From the NCBI GenBank assembly GCA_963850185.1, contig CAWKKE010000018.1, positions 46,253-110,252 of the forward strand: a DNA stretch of 64,000 nucleotides. Reading direction: 5' to 3'. Below, piece after piece: positions 9,009 through 17,565 of this stretch. This stretch comes from an uncultured Acidimicrobiaceae bacterium. GTDB lineage: Bacteria; Actinomycetota; Acidimicrobiia; Acidimicrobiales; RAAP-2. The notes under the pieces were generated by a model. It worked only from the letters and a program-made list of their open reading frames with translations. It had not been told where the DNA came from and ran no database searches. Both the position numbers and the translations under genes were made by a program. The first letter of the stretch is position 1; every line of letters starts with the position of its first letter.

Positions 9009-10427
9009 GTGCCGAGATATTCCTCCGTCCCGGCCGACGCGCGCGGTCTGAGTAGATTCGGTTCCTTAGGAGAAGGGAAGCCGGTCACGGCATCTGAGGA
9101 CCTCAAAAACCTCGTCTCGGAAGCGTTCTTCTACGGCTACCCGCTGGTCGCTGACCTCGACGAAGTTGTGCGATTCACCGAGACCGGCATGGGAAGTGTT
9201 CCGGCAGCGCCCTTCAATCAGTTCTCCCACGCCCGAACTCTGGCTGGTCCCGCAGACACCTTTGTCACCATCAACAACGACACGTTGTATTCGATCGCCC
9301 AGTTCGACCTGAGTGGCGGTCCCCTGTTCCTCGACGTACCCAATTCGGCGGGCCGCTACTACGTGCTGCAGTTCATTGATGCCTGGACCAACAACTTCGC
9401 CTACGTGGGCGAGCGTGCCAGCGGCACGCAGGCTGGGACCTTTTTCTTGACCCCTCCAGGGTGGACGGGCGAGGTGCCGGACGATTTCACAGAGATTCGT
9501 TTTCCGACTCGGGTGGCCAGCATCTTGGGTCGCTGGGCCTGCAGCGGTGCCGAAGATCTTGCCGCGGTCCATGCGCTGCAGGACAAGTTGGTGCTGCGAC
9601 CAGCCAGCGACGCACGAGGTTGCCTCGAAGGGGTGCCCCTTCCGACGCCGGACACGGACGAATCGCTCGCCTTTTTCGAGAAGCTCCGGATCTGGATGGC
9701 AGCCTTCCCGCCGGGGCCAGAGGATCAGTCCTACCAGAAGCGACTCGGCCCACTGGGGCTGCTCGACACCTCGTCTCCCTACGTGGATCCTCCGGCCGGC
9801 CTTGCCAAATCGTTGACCGATGGCCTCGCCGCAGCCAAAGAGAAGATGGAGGCCTTCACCCGCTCTGGCGCCGTCGAAAAGATCAACGGGTGGATGTCGG
9901 GTCTCCACATGTTCGACTACAACCTGGACTACTTCGGGCCGGGAACCATCGACGCTCCTCATTGGAAGAAGAAGACCCGAGCGGTGGCGTATCCAGAGCG
10001 TGCCCTGGCGGGCCGGTTGGGGTTATGGGGCAACCATGCCTACGAAGCCACCTACGCTCAGACCTTCGAAGACGCCGATGGCACTCAGTTGAACGGGGAG
10101 CACCGCTATCAAATCCACTTCGAACATCTGCCGCCGGTCGAGGCATTTTGGTCCCTGACGATGTACGACCTTCCCAATTACTACCTGGTTGCAAATCCCA
10201 TCGACCGCTACTCCATCGGTGACCGAACCCCGGGAATCGAATCCGGAAACGACGGATCGCTGACCATCACCATTCAGCACGACCAGCCCGCTGTAGGGAT
10301 CGAAAGGTCGAACTGGCTCCCGGCGCCCCGGGGTGAATTCCGTCCCATTCTTCGCATGTACGAACCGGAGGCGAGCATCCTCGATGGCACATACGAAATA
10401 CCTCCGATCACTCGCGTTCCGGGTTAG
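9009..10427 (+). CDS. DUF1254/DUF1214 domain protein
   Basis: 'EAFFYGYPLV', 'NNDTLYSIAQFDL', 'RYYVLQFIDAWTNNFAYVGERASGTQAGTFFLTPPGWTGEVP' and the C-terminal 'FWSLTMYD' match these paired domains as I remember them. Confidence 0.8.
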   Translation: MPRYSSVPADARGLSRFGSLGEGKPVTASEDLKNLVSEAFFYGYPLVADLDEVVRFTETGMGSVPAAPFNQFSHARTLAGPADTFVTINNDTLYSIAQFDLSGGPLFLDVPNSAGRYYVLQFIDAWTNNFAYVGERASGTQAGTFFLTPPGWTGEVPDDFTEIRFPTRVASILGRWACSGAEDLAAVHALQDKLVLRPASDARGCLEGVPLPTPDTDESLAFFEKLRIWMAAFPPGPEDQSYQKRLGPLGLLDTSSPYVDPPAGLAKSLTDGLAAAKEKMEAFTRSGAVEKINGWMSGLHMFDYNLDYFGPGTIDAPHWKKKTRAVAYPERALAGRLGLWGNHAYEATYAQTFEDADGTQLNGEHRYQIHFEHLPPVEAFWSLTMYDLPNYYLVANPIDRYSIGDRTPGIESGNDGSLTITIQHDQPAVGIERSNWLPAPRGEFRPILRMYEPEASILDGTYEIPPITRVPG

Positions 10428-10502
10428 CCGGTCCCCATCCCGGCGCCGCTGGCGAGGAGCCAAGAGGCCGGGGAGGCATGGCCTCTGACCTGCACTTTCG
10501 AG

Positions 10503-10577
10503 TCGGGCTGCCGGGATTTGAACCCGGGACCTCTTGACCCCCAGTCAAGCGCGCTAACCAAGCTGCGCCACAGCCCG
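10503..10577 (-). tRNA. tRNA-Pro (anticodon GGG)
   Basis: Minus strand reads CGGGCTG-TG-GCGC-AGCTTGGTTA-GCGC-G-CTTGA-CTGGGGG-TCAAG-AGGTC-CCGGG-TTCAAAT-CCCGG-CAGCCCG-A. This folds as a full cloverleaf. No CCA is encoded. Confidence 0.9.
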
Positions 10578-10636
10578 CTACTTCTTTCCCTGGTCAGGGG
10601 CTTGAGAGCTGGGCTCTCAGTCCCCCGCCGGGCTCT

Positions 10637-10653
10637 TGTCAACACTTTGTCAA
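10637..10653 (-). promoter_or_regulatory. two tandem TTGACA hexamers upstream of tRNA-Pro (candidate -35 boxes)
   Basis: Minus strand reads aTGTTGACAaagTGTTGACAagag. The proximal hexamer (10637-10642) ends 59 nt before the tRNA 5' end. No good -10 is seen at 17-nt spacing. Confidence 0.3.
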
Positions 10654-10991
10654 CATTCGGTCCGGCGGTTCGACCAGGGCGATCAGGCTAGTCCTCCATC
10701 GGAGGGCGGAAGATCCGGCATCGCTGCGCCGGATACTCGAGCCGGAGCTGCGTCACGAGAAGCGAGAGCGTTCCCCAGCATGCTGCATACCACGGTGCGG
10801 CCGTCGGCTCGGCCCTCCATGCGGTGGCGGGCAACATTTCGACCTGCCTTTGTCAGACCAAGGTCAAGTACATGCCCGCCCTCTGTCTCTGAGGCCGGCT
10901 CGCGTTTGCGAACGCCAGTGAGGCCCCGGCGTTGACCTGGTGATCCCCGAGCAAACTCTTGGGCCCCTGGGGTCACATGTGACACTGGTGC

Positions 10992-11507
10992 TCACCTGCT
11001 CGCCACGCCACGAGCTTTCAGGGTGTGACCCTCAATATCGAGATCGGCGCGTGTGAGTGTCTCAGTGCCCGAGTCGTACCCGTTCGTCAAGTGAATTTGG
11101 AACGTGAGACGCCCATCCGTTCCTGGGGCCGCTCCGAGATGGATTCGGAATCCGATGCTGTCAGTCGACCTGCTCCCCGGTGCAAATTTGCCGGCAACGG
11201 TCGCGGCCTCGCCGCTGGACGAGCAGGCGACCACCGAGATGGAGCGGTCCTGCAGCTGCAGTGGAGACGTCGGTCCCTGATCCGTAAACAGAACAGCACC
11301 CCCTGGCGGTGAGCTGAACACGAAAATGCGGAAGGTCGACGAGTCACCTTGCGTTGTGCGTCCCGAGCCGGTTCCAATGAGAGCACACGAATGATCATTC
11401 TTCGATGAAGAGGCCGGTCCGATGACATAGGCAAGAGTTCCGAGCGCTACATAAGCTAAAGCGACGGCCGCTCCCCAGGCGATCTGAGTGGTGCGAACCT
11501 TCGTCAT
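10992..11507 (-). CDS. hypothetical secreted/membrane-anchored protein
   Basis: 171-aa ORF with an N-terminal hydrophobic anchor 'IAWGAAVALAYVALGTLAYVIG', followed by a Ser/Thr/Gly-rich beta-type sequence. Confidence 0.55.
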   Translation of the reverse strand: MTKVRTTQIAWGAAVALAYVALGTLAYVIGPASSSKNDHSCALIGTGSGRTTQGDSSTFRIFVFSSPPGGAVLFTDQGPTSPLQLQDRSISVVACSSSGEAATVAGKFAPGSRSTDSIGFRIHLGAAPGTDGRLTFQIHLTNGYDSGTETLTRADLDIEGHTLKARGVASR

Positions 11508-11636
11508 CGCGGGGACAATAGATGATTGCTGCGAAGCCCCGCTTCGCGACTGTCGGGTTCATTGCGTCGGCCATTGCAGGGTACAGACACGTAGCGCAAC
11601 CTCTCCACGGCCAGGTAAACCTGCGGAATAGGGTGA

Positions 11637-12953
11637 TTGGGGTACTCTCGGCGATGGCCTCCTCGGTCTCGGTGCAGGCAGATAAACCAAAAAGAGGGGG
11701 CTGGCACTACGGCACGATTTCTCGCTGCTCTTGCCGTGTGTGTCGTCGTCGGCCTGTGGGCCTGGCGGGCGTTCTCCGACTCCAGAACCTACGACTTCGG
11801 CCTGGCCTATTTCGCTGGCGTGATTGCGTGGGACACCGGACATCCCGAAGGTTGGATCTCTTGGACGGGTACACCAACGCTCGCAGCCGCGATGGCCGCG
11901 ACGTCTCGAATTTGGGACGCGACCACCGCGAGTCGTCTCCTTACGGGTTTGAATGTCGCCTTGATCGTCGTGACGATCGCAATCGTCGTTCGAAGACTGC
12001 GGAACGTACTGTCACCACTTTGGTTGTGGGTTGTCGCTCTAGGACTGGCGTCGTTCGGCCCGGTTCTCTCGACAGTGTGGTGGAAGCAGTTCAACATCAT
12101 CGTCCTCGTGCTCGCAGTGGCCGGCTTCGCGGCACTGCGCCGAGATCGAGTGCATCTCTCTGGCGGGCTCATTGGTCTCTCTCTGGCGATCAAGCCGCTC
12201 GCCATTCTCTTGCCCTTTGTACTGTTGGCGCGCCGTTCCACCAGATCGGCGGGTGTCTGGGCCGGCGTCTACGCCATCGGGCTGAGTCTCGGCTGCCAGG
12301 GCTTGCTGGCCTTGCACGCACACAGTGTCGGTGCCTTCGATCCGATTTCGAGCGTGGATAATTTGGCCGACAAGTCGAAACCTCGCTTCGGATTGTCGTG
12401 TTCATCGGCGAACTTCTCTCCGCAAGCGCTGCTATGTCGGACGTTCGGTTCAAACCATTGGAATCTGTTCCAATTGGTGGCATGGGCTGCGATCGCCATA
12501 CTCGCAGTCTGGGTTGTGAGGACCCTCAGCGGATACGGCACCGCCAGTTGGGAGTCGTTCGCTTTTTCCTGCGCCTTCTCCATCATGGCGAGTCCCATCA
12601 ATTGGTCGCACTACGGCGTTATGTTGGCCCCGTTGTTCGTCTTGTTGGTTGTCCGATTCACCACGGTCAAGACGGAGGCGGTCTTCTGGTTCGGGCTGGC
12701 GGCAGCATTCGTCCTTGCTTCCCTCATGTGGACCCCGTACGGGACGCTCGCGGACGTCGTTCGCTATCCCATCCCATCTGGCATGTCGGGCAGGCCCAGC
12801 TCGCTCATCACCAATCTCGCTCAATACTCGCAGTACATCCTCGTTGTCACTGCGGCCATGTGGTACCGCCGACACGGTAGGAACACAACGCCTGAGGACG
12901 GCCTCCGAGTGCGGACGGAACCGAGTCGGCACGTCGGGGATGTCCTGGCCTAG
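11637..12953 (+). CDS. GT-C membrane glycosyltransferase, GT87/DUF2029-like
   Basis: Polytopic. 'LSLAIKPLAILLPFVLLARR' and 'MASPINWSHYGVM' parallel 'AAVKLTPLLFVPYLVLTRRW' and 'LVSPISWVHHMVW' of the gene at 47.6 kb. The only start in frame is TTG 11637. Confidence 0.65.
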   Translation: MGYSRRWPPRSRCRQINQKEGAGTTARFLAALAVCVVVGLWAWRAFSDSRTYDFGLAYFAGVIAWDTGHPEGWISWTGTPTLAAAMAATSRIWDATTASRLLTGLNVALIVVTIAIVVRRLRNVLSPLWLWVVALGLASFGPVLSTVWWKQFNIIVLVLAVAGFAALRRDRVHLSGGLIGLSLAIKPLAILLPFVLLARRSTRSAGVWAGVYAIGLSLGCQGLLALHAHSVGAFDPISSVDNLADKSKPRFGLSCSSANFSPQALLCRTFGSNHWNLFQLVAWAAIAILAVWVVRTLSGYGTASWESFAFSCAFSIMASPINWSHYGVMLAPLFVLLVVRFTTVKTEAVFWFGLAAAFVLASLMWTPYGTLADVVRYPIPSGMSGRPSSLITNLAQYSQYILVVTAAMWYRRHGRNTTPEDGLRVRTEPSRHVGDVLA

Positions 12954-13214
12954 ACATCCTTCGGAAAACCTCTCTTCAGCCGGGAGAATCGAGAAGCTTC
13001 CCCGACGTCGAGTGGGACCCTCTCGACGTGCACCCGGCCTCTGCATCGAACAGGTCGGGTGCAGGTCTCCCTAGTTGCGGACGACGATCGGCACCGCCTT
13101 GCTGCGGTCGCTCTGCCCCGCCGCCCCATTTCAAAACGCTCTGTACTCGCTGGTCTATTGCCGGCGGTCGCAGTGCTCCAGACAGCGACCCAGCTGCCGG
13201 AAGTATTGGTCGCA

Positions 13215-14333
13215 ATGTCGATGATCCGGGAGTCCACCCTGTTCCAGAGCGGTCAGAGATTGAAGTTCTCCCTGGTCCTGGACATTGCAACAAAAAATTG
13301 TGTAAAGGGCCGCTTTGGGTCTTCCGAGTATGCAGAGGTGGCGACTCTCGCGCATGACACCCAGCTCGAATTGCTGCACTACGTGATCGAGACCCAACGT
13401 CTGGTCAATGCCCTTCCGGCAGCTGCTGCCGACCGCGTCATGGGACTCGTCCTCGATCGGGTCCAGACGGTGACCAATGCCGATGGGGCCGCTGTCGAGC
13501 TCGTCGAGGGAAACGTCATGGTCAACCGCGCCGTCTGTGGCCTGAGCATGGATCGAGAGGGAACTCGTAACGCCGGGGAAAAGAGTCTTTCCGGGGTTTG
13601 CGTGCGCATCGGAACGCCCCTCCTCTGTCGCGACACCGAATCCGACCCCCGAGTGAATCTCGAACTCTGCCGGCGGACAGGAATCCGCTCCATCGCCGTC
13701 GCGCCTATGGTCAGAGCCGGGGAGCCCCTGGGCGTGCTGCGGGTCATGTCCAGCGAAGCGGAGCACTTCGACGATGCCGACGTCGAAGTACTCGAGCTGA
13801 TGGCCAACCTGATGGCATCTGGATTGTCCAACACTTCGAAGCTTGATCGGGAAGCCGAGCGTGCCCTCAGGGATCCGCTCACGGGGCTGGCCAATCGCTT
13901 CATCTTCATGGATCGCCTTGCACACCATGGATACGAGGCCCGCCGATATGGAAGACCCTATGGCTTGTTTCTCATCGGTCTTGACCGCTTCTCCGTCGTG
14001 AACGAGTCACTCGGCCAGGAATGGGGCGACGCTGTGCTGCGATCCGTCGCCCAGGGTCTGAATGCCACCGTACGGGGCGGAGACACATTGGCTCGCCTGG
14101 AAAGTGATCAGTTCGTTGTCCTGTGCGGCAATGCCGAGCAAGCCGTCGTCGAAGAGCGGCTCAAGGGCCGGATCGAAGGCGTCATTGCCGAGGTCGACAA
14201 GGACCTCGACCTGAAGGGCTACACGCTCAAGGCCAGCGTGGGCGTCGTCTGGAGCTCCCGCAGTGAGATCACCACCGCCGAACTCCTTTCGGAGGCCCGC
14301 GCCTCACTGCTTCGAGCCAAAGCCCAGCGCTAG
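13215..14333 (+). CDS. GAF-GGDEF domain protein with degenerate active site (ESDQF) and retained RxxD I-site
   Basis: 'RDPLTGLANRFIF', 'FLIGLDRFSVVNESLGQEWGD' and 'VRGGDTLARLESDQFVVL' (ESDQF = nt 14100-14114). Start taken at ATG 13215; the ORF opens at 13059. Confidence 0.8.
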   Translation: MSMIRESTLFQSGQRLKFSLVLDIATKNCVKGRFGSSEYAEVATLAHDTQLELLHYVIETQRLVNALPAAAADRVMGLVLDRVQTVTNADGAAVELVEGNVMVNRAVCGLSMDREGTRNAGEKSLSGVCVRIGTPLLCRDTESDPRVNLELCRRTGIRSIAVAPMVRAGEPLGVLRVMSSEAEHFDDADVEVLELMANLMASGLSNTSKLDREAERALRDPLTGLANRFIFMDRLAHHGYEARRYGRPYGLFLIGLDRFSVVNESLGQEWGDAVLRSVAQGLNATVRGGDTLARLESDQFVVLCGNAEQAVVEERLKGRIEGVIAEVDKDLDLKGYTLKASVGVVWSSRSEITTAELLSEARASLLRAKAQR

Positions 14334-14407
14334 GCGAGCGACGCCATCGGGGTTCGCGATGAGCGATCCCCCGCACACATCGATGCCCGTATGGTCCAAT
14401 AGTGTCC

Positions 14408-15439
14408 ATGCCGCCCGACATCGCACACGATCATCGACTCGACCCCCGGCTTCGGCGGCTGCTCGCGTTGGTCCCCTCCGAGCCACTGCCTGATGTGGCG
14501 GACCGCGAGCAGCTCCTCAAAGAGGCGAATACACCAGAGGCCGTGGAGGCCCGGGAAGCCTTCCGGGCGTTTCAGGATCTCTGTGACAGCGAAGAGGCGG
14601 CCCCAGCAGCTGGCCTGTCCGTGACCGCGACCGAGTTCGTCTCGAATCCCGACGGCAACACGGTGAAACTCCAGGTCATCCGACCCGAATCGGACGTGGC
14701 GTTGCCGGGCGTCTATTACATCCATGGTGGCGGCATGGCCAGCATGTCCTGCTTCGACGGGATGTACCGAGGCTGGGGCAAACACATCGCCGCAAATGGC
14801 GTTGTGGTAGTGATGGTGGACTTTCGGAACAGCGTCACAGCCTCTTCGGCGCCGGAGGTCGCACCGTTCCCGGCCGGGTTGAACGATTGTGTGTCGGGCT
14901 TGCGCTGGGTCGTTGCGCATGCTGCCGACTTCGGCATCGATCCCGCGAGGCTCGTCGTTGCCGGGGAGAGCGGAGGGGGCAATCTCACCCTGGCGACCGG
15001 CCTGAAGCTCAAGCGGGAGGATGATCTCGGGTTGATCAAGGGCCTCTACGCCCTGTGCCCCTACATTGCCGGTCAATGGCCGGCGCCGGGGTGCCCCTCT
15101 TCGGTGGAGAACGAGGGCATACTGCTCCATCTCCACAACAACCGTGGTGCGATGAGCTATGGCATTGAGGCGTTCAACGAGCGCAACCCGCTGGCCTGGC
15201 CGTCCTTCGCGACCGTGGACGATGTTGCCGGATTCCCTCCGACCGTGATCAGTGTCAACGAGTGCGATCCGTTGCGCGACGAGGGGATCAATTTCTACCG
15301 ACTTCTTCTCGCTGCAGCGGTGCAGGCGCGCGGTCGTCAGATGATGGGCACCATGCACGGAACGGAGATCTTCTCCATTGCGTGTCCGGACGTCACGGCG
15401 GACACCGCCCGGGACATTGCCGGATTCGCCCGCGACTAG
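14408..15439 (+). CDS. alpha/beta hydrolase fold-3 esterase/lipase (HSL-like)
   Basis: Oxyanion 'YIHGGGMA', nucleophile elbow 'GESGGGNL' and a C-terminal 'DPLRDEG' are present. Confidence 0.8.
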   Translation: MPPDIAHDHRLDPRLRRLLALVPSEPLPDVADREQLLKEANTPEAVEAREAFRAFQDLCDSEEAAPAAGLSVTATEFVSNPDGNTVKLQVIRPESDVALPGVYYIHGGGMASMSCFDGMYRGWGKHIAANGVVVVMVDFRNSVTASSAPEVAPFPAGLNDCVSGLRWVVAHAADFGIDPARLVVAGESGGGNLTLATGLKLKREDDLGLIKGLYALCPYIAGQWPAPGCPSSVENEGILLHLHNNRGAMSYGIEAFNERNPLAWPSFATVDDVAGFPPTVISVNECDPLRDEGINFYRLLLAAAVQARGRQMMGTMHGTEIFSIACPDVTADTARDIAGFARD

Positions 15440-15480
15440 GCCAATAGGCCCGGCTGTGGTGCACCAGGGGCGACGTATCC

Positions 15481-15999
15481 TCAGCTCAGTCGGCGCAGAG
15501 AAGCTCGGTAACGCTTGGCGTTGCTGACGTATTCGGCAGCCGACACTTGGATCATTGCGACGTCGGACCTATTCTCGAGGATCTTCGCCGGCACACCGAG
15601 TGCCAGAGCGCCTGGCGGAACGACCACGTGGTTTGGTACCACGGCATTGGCGCCCACAGTGGCGCCGCTGCTGATGACCGCCCAATGGAGGACGACGCTC
15701 CCCGATCCGGCCAACGACTCATCTTCGAGGGTGCAGCCCTCCAGGTGGGTCAGGTGTCCGACCACGCAGCCGTCGCCGATGACCGTGGGGAAGCCAGGTC
15801 CGGCGTGCACGACGGTGCCGTCTTGGATGGAGGTTCGCGCTCCCACCGTGATGGTCCCGTAGTCGCCCCGAAGGACGGCGCCCGGCCACACGCTCGATTC
15901 CGCGCCGATCGTGACATTACCGATGACGACGGCGTCGGGGTGGACAAAAGCGTCGGCGTCGATGCGCGGCGCGACACCTTCGATTTCGTAGATGGGCAT
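15481..15999 (-). CDS. gamma-carbonic-anhydrase-like hexapeptide-repeat protein
   Basis: 'MPIYEIEGVAPRIDADAFVHPDAVVIGNVTIGAESSVWPGAVLRGDYG'. Start taken at ATG 15999 inside the longer ORF. Confidence 0.8.
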   Translation of the reverse strand: MPIYEIEGVAPRIDADAFVHPDAVVIGNVTIGAESSVWPGAVLRGDYGTITVGARTSIQDGTVVHAGPGFPTVIGDGCVVGHLTHLEGCTLEDESLAGSGSVVLHWAVISSGATVGANAVVPNHVVVPPGALALGVPAKILENRSDVAMIQVSAAEYVSNAKRYRASLRRLS

Positions 16000-16010
16000 G
16001 GCCGGGGACG

Positions 16011-16214
16011 CTACACGTGGCCGGCGATCCAGGTCACGCCCTGATAGCCGCGGTAGCCGAGGTAGATCACGCTGGCGATCAACATTGCCTTGAAGTACCA
16101 GGGGATCGGCTGCCGCTGCTGTTCGGCCAGGATCGTTCCGCACGTAGGGCACTCACCCTCCTCACCGAGATCCTCGTCCTCGACGAGGGTGTCGCACTCC
16201 TCGCACCAGGCCAC
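16011..16214 (-). CDS. small zinc-ribbon membrane protein
   Basis: 67 aa with 'CEEC...(15)...CPTC' followed by one TM span. Sits directly downstream of der. Confidence 0.55.
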   Translation of the reverse strand: MAWCEECDTLVEDEDLGEEGECPTCGTILAEQQRQPIPWYFKAMLIASVIYLGYRGYQGVTWIAGHV

Positions 16215-16230
16215 TAGGGACGGCCGCCCC

Positions 16231-17565
16231 TCATTTCCCTCCGATCCGCACGCGCAATTTCATCGGCGTCGCGCCGAGATCGAATTTTTCCCGGATGCCG
16301 CGCTCGATATAGCGCAGGTACGTCTGGGGCAGACGACCGTTTGTGAAGAGGGTGAATGTCGGCGGGTCGATCGCTCCTTGGACGATGTAACGGATTTTGT
16401 AGCGGGGAGCCGCCTGGCGGAGCTGGAGCTCCTGCACGGTGCGATTGAGGGTCCCGGTCGGCACTCGCTGGTGGTAGGCAGTCACGCAGTCTCGGAGCGC
16501 CGGAAGAATCCGGTGGACTCCTTTTCCCGACAGTGCCGACATCTTGAGGACGGGCGCCGCACCCAAGAACGCAAGCCGGTCCCCGACCCCCGCCAGCACG
16601 TCATCGCGATCGTCGACCGGCACCTGATCCCACTTGTTCAGCGCCACGATGGCCGGGCAGCCCGAGACGCCGATCCGTTCCGCCAGTCGCTGATCCTGAT
16701 GGGATGCCCCGATGGTGGCATCGATGACCAAGACGGCAACATCAGCACGTTCGAGCGCGCGCAGCGCACGCATTGTCGAGTGCTGCTCGGTGCCGCGGTC
16801 CGTCTTCGACGGTCGCCGAAGACCGGCCGTGTCAATAAACCGGACCGGTCCGTCGGGCGTCTCGACCACGGTGTCGATGGCATCCCGCGTCGTACCCGGC
16901 ATGTCGTGCACGATGGCGCGTTCCTCGCCGAGGAGCTTGTTGAACAATGTCGACTTGCCGACGTTCGGTCTGCCGATGATGGCGACACTCGGCGTCCCCG
17001 GATCGCGGTCTCCCCTGCCCCCGTTCTGCAGGCCTGCGTCAGGAGCGCCGTCCGCCCGGTCACCAGGCAACGGGACCGGCAGCAGGGCAACCACTTCGTC
17101 GAGGAGGTCGCCGGTACCGCGGCCGTGCAGGGAGCTCACGGGGTACGGATCGCCCAAGCCGAGGGAGACGAAGTCCCAGATGGCCGTGTCACGGCTGGCA
17201 CCGTCGACCTTGTTGACCACGAGCCGGACGGGTGGACCGGCCCGCCGGATCACCTTGGCGGCCGCCAGGTCCTCTTCGGTCACGCCCGTGGTGACGTCCA
17301 CGACCATGAGGATCACATCCGCATCTGCCAGGGCCCGCTCGGCCTGGTCGCTCACCTTGGCCTCGAGAGCATCGCCGGCGGCGAGCCATCCTCCGGTGTC
17401 CATGATGGAGAACGGCACACCATTCCACTCGGCGGTGAGCTCCTTGCGATCGCGGGTGACCCCCTGCTCCTCTTCCACGACGGTTGCCCGTGTGCCGACG
17501 ATCCGGTTCACCAGGGAGGACTTCCCAACGTTGGGGCGACCGGCGACCACCACCATCGGGCTCAT
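16231..17565 (-). CDS. der: ribosome-associated GTPase Der (EngA)
   Basis: Two G domains ('GRPNVGKSSL', 'GRPNVGKSTL', 'NKVD', 'NKWD') plus a KH-like C-terminus. Confidence 0.95.
   Translation of the reverse strand: MSPMVVVAGRPNVGKSSLVNRIVGTRATVVEEEQGVTRDRKELTAEWNGVPFSIMDTGGWLAAGDALEAKVSDQAERALADADVILMVVDVTTGVTEEDLAAAKVIRRAGPPVRLVVNKVDGASRDTAIWDFVSLGLGDPYPVSSLHGRGTGDLLDEVVALLPVPLPGDRADGAPDAGLQNGGRGDRDPGTPSVAIIGRPNVGKSTLFNKLLGEERAIVHDMPGTTRDAIDTVVETPDGPVRFIDTAGLRRPSKTDRGTEQHSTMRALRALERADVAVLVIDATIGASHQDQRLAERIGVSGCPAIVALNKWDQVPVDDRDDVLAGVGDRLAFLGAAPVLKMSALSGKGVHRILPALRDCVTAYHQRVPTGTLNRTVQELQLRQAAPRYKIRYIVQGAIDPPTFTLFTNGRLPQTYLRYIERGIREKFDLGATPMKLRVRIGGK

Noticed and set aside
10683-10985. Calling this ORF an integrase pseudogene as a feature
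   Set aside because: Similarity to the recombinase box II is short and lacks the catalytic His and Tyr. It also lies on the 5' side of the tRNA. I kept it only as a low-interest finding.
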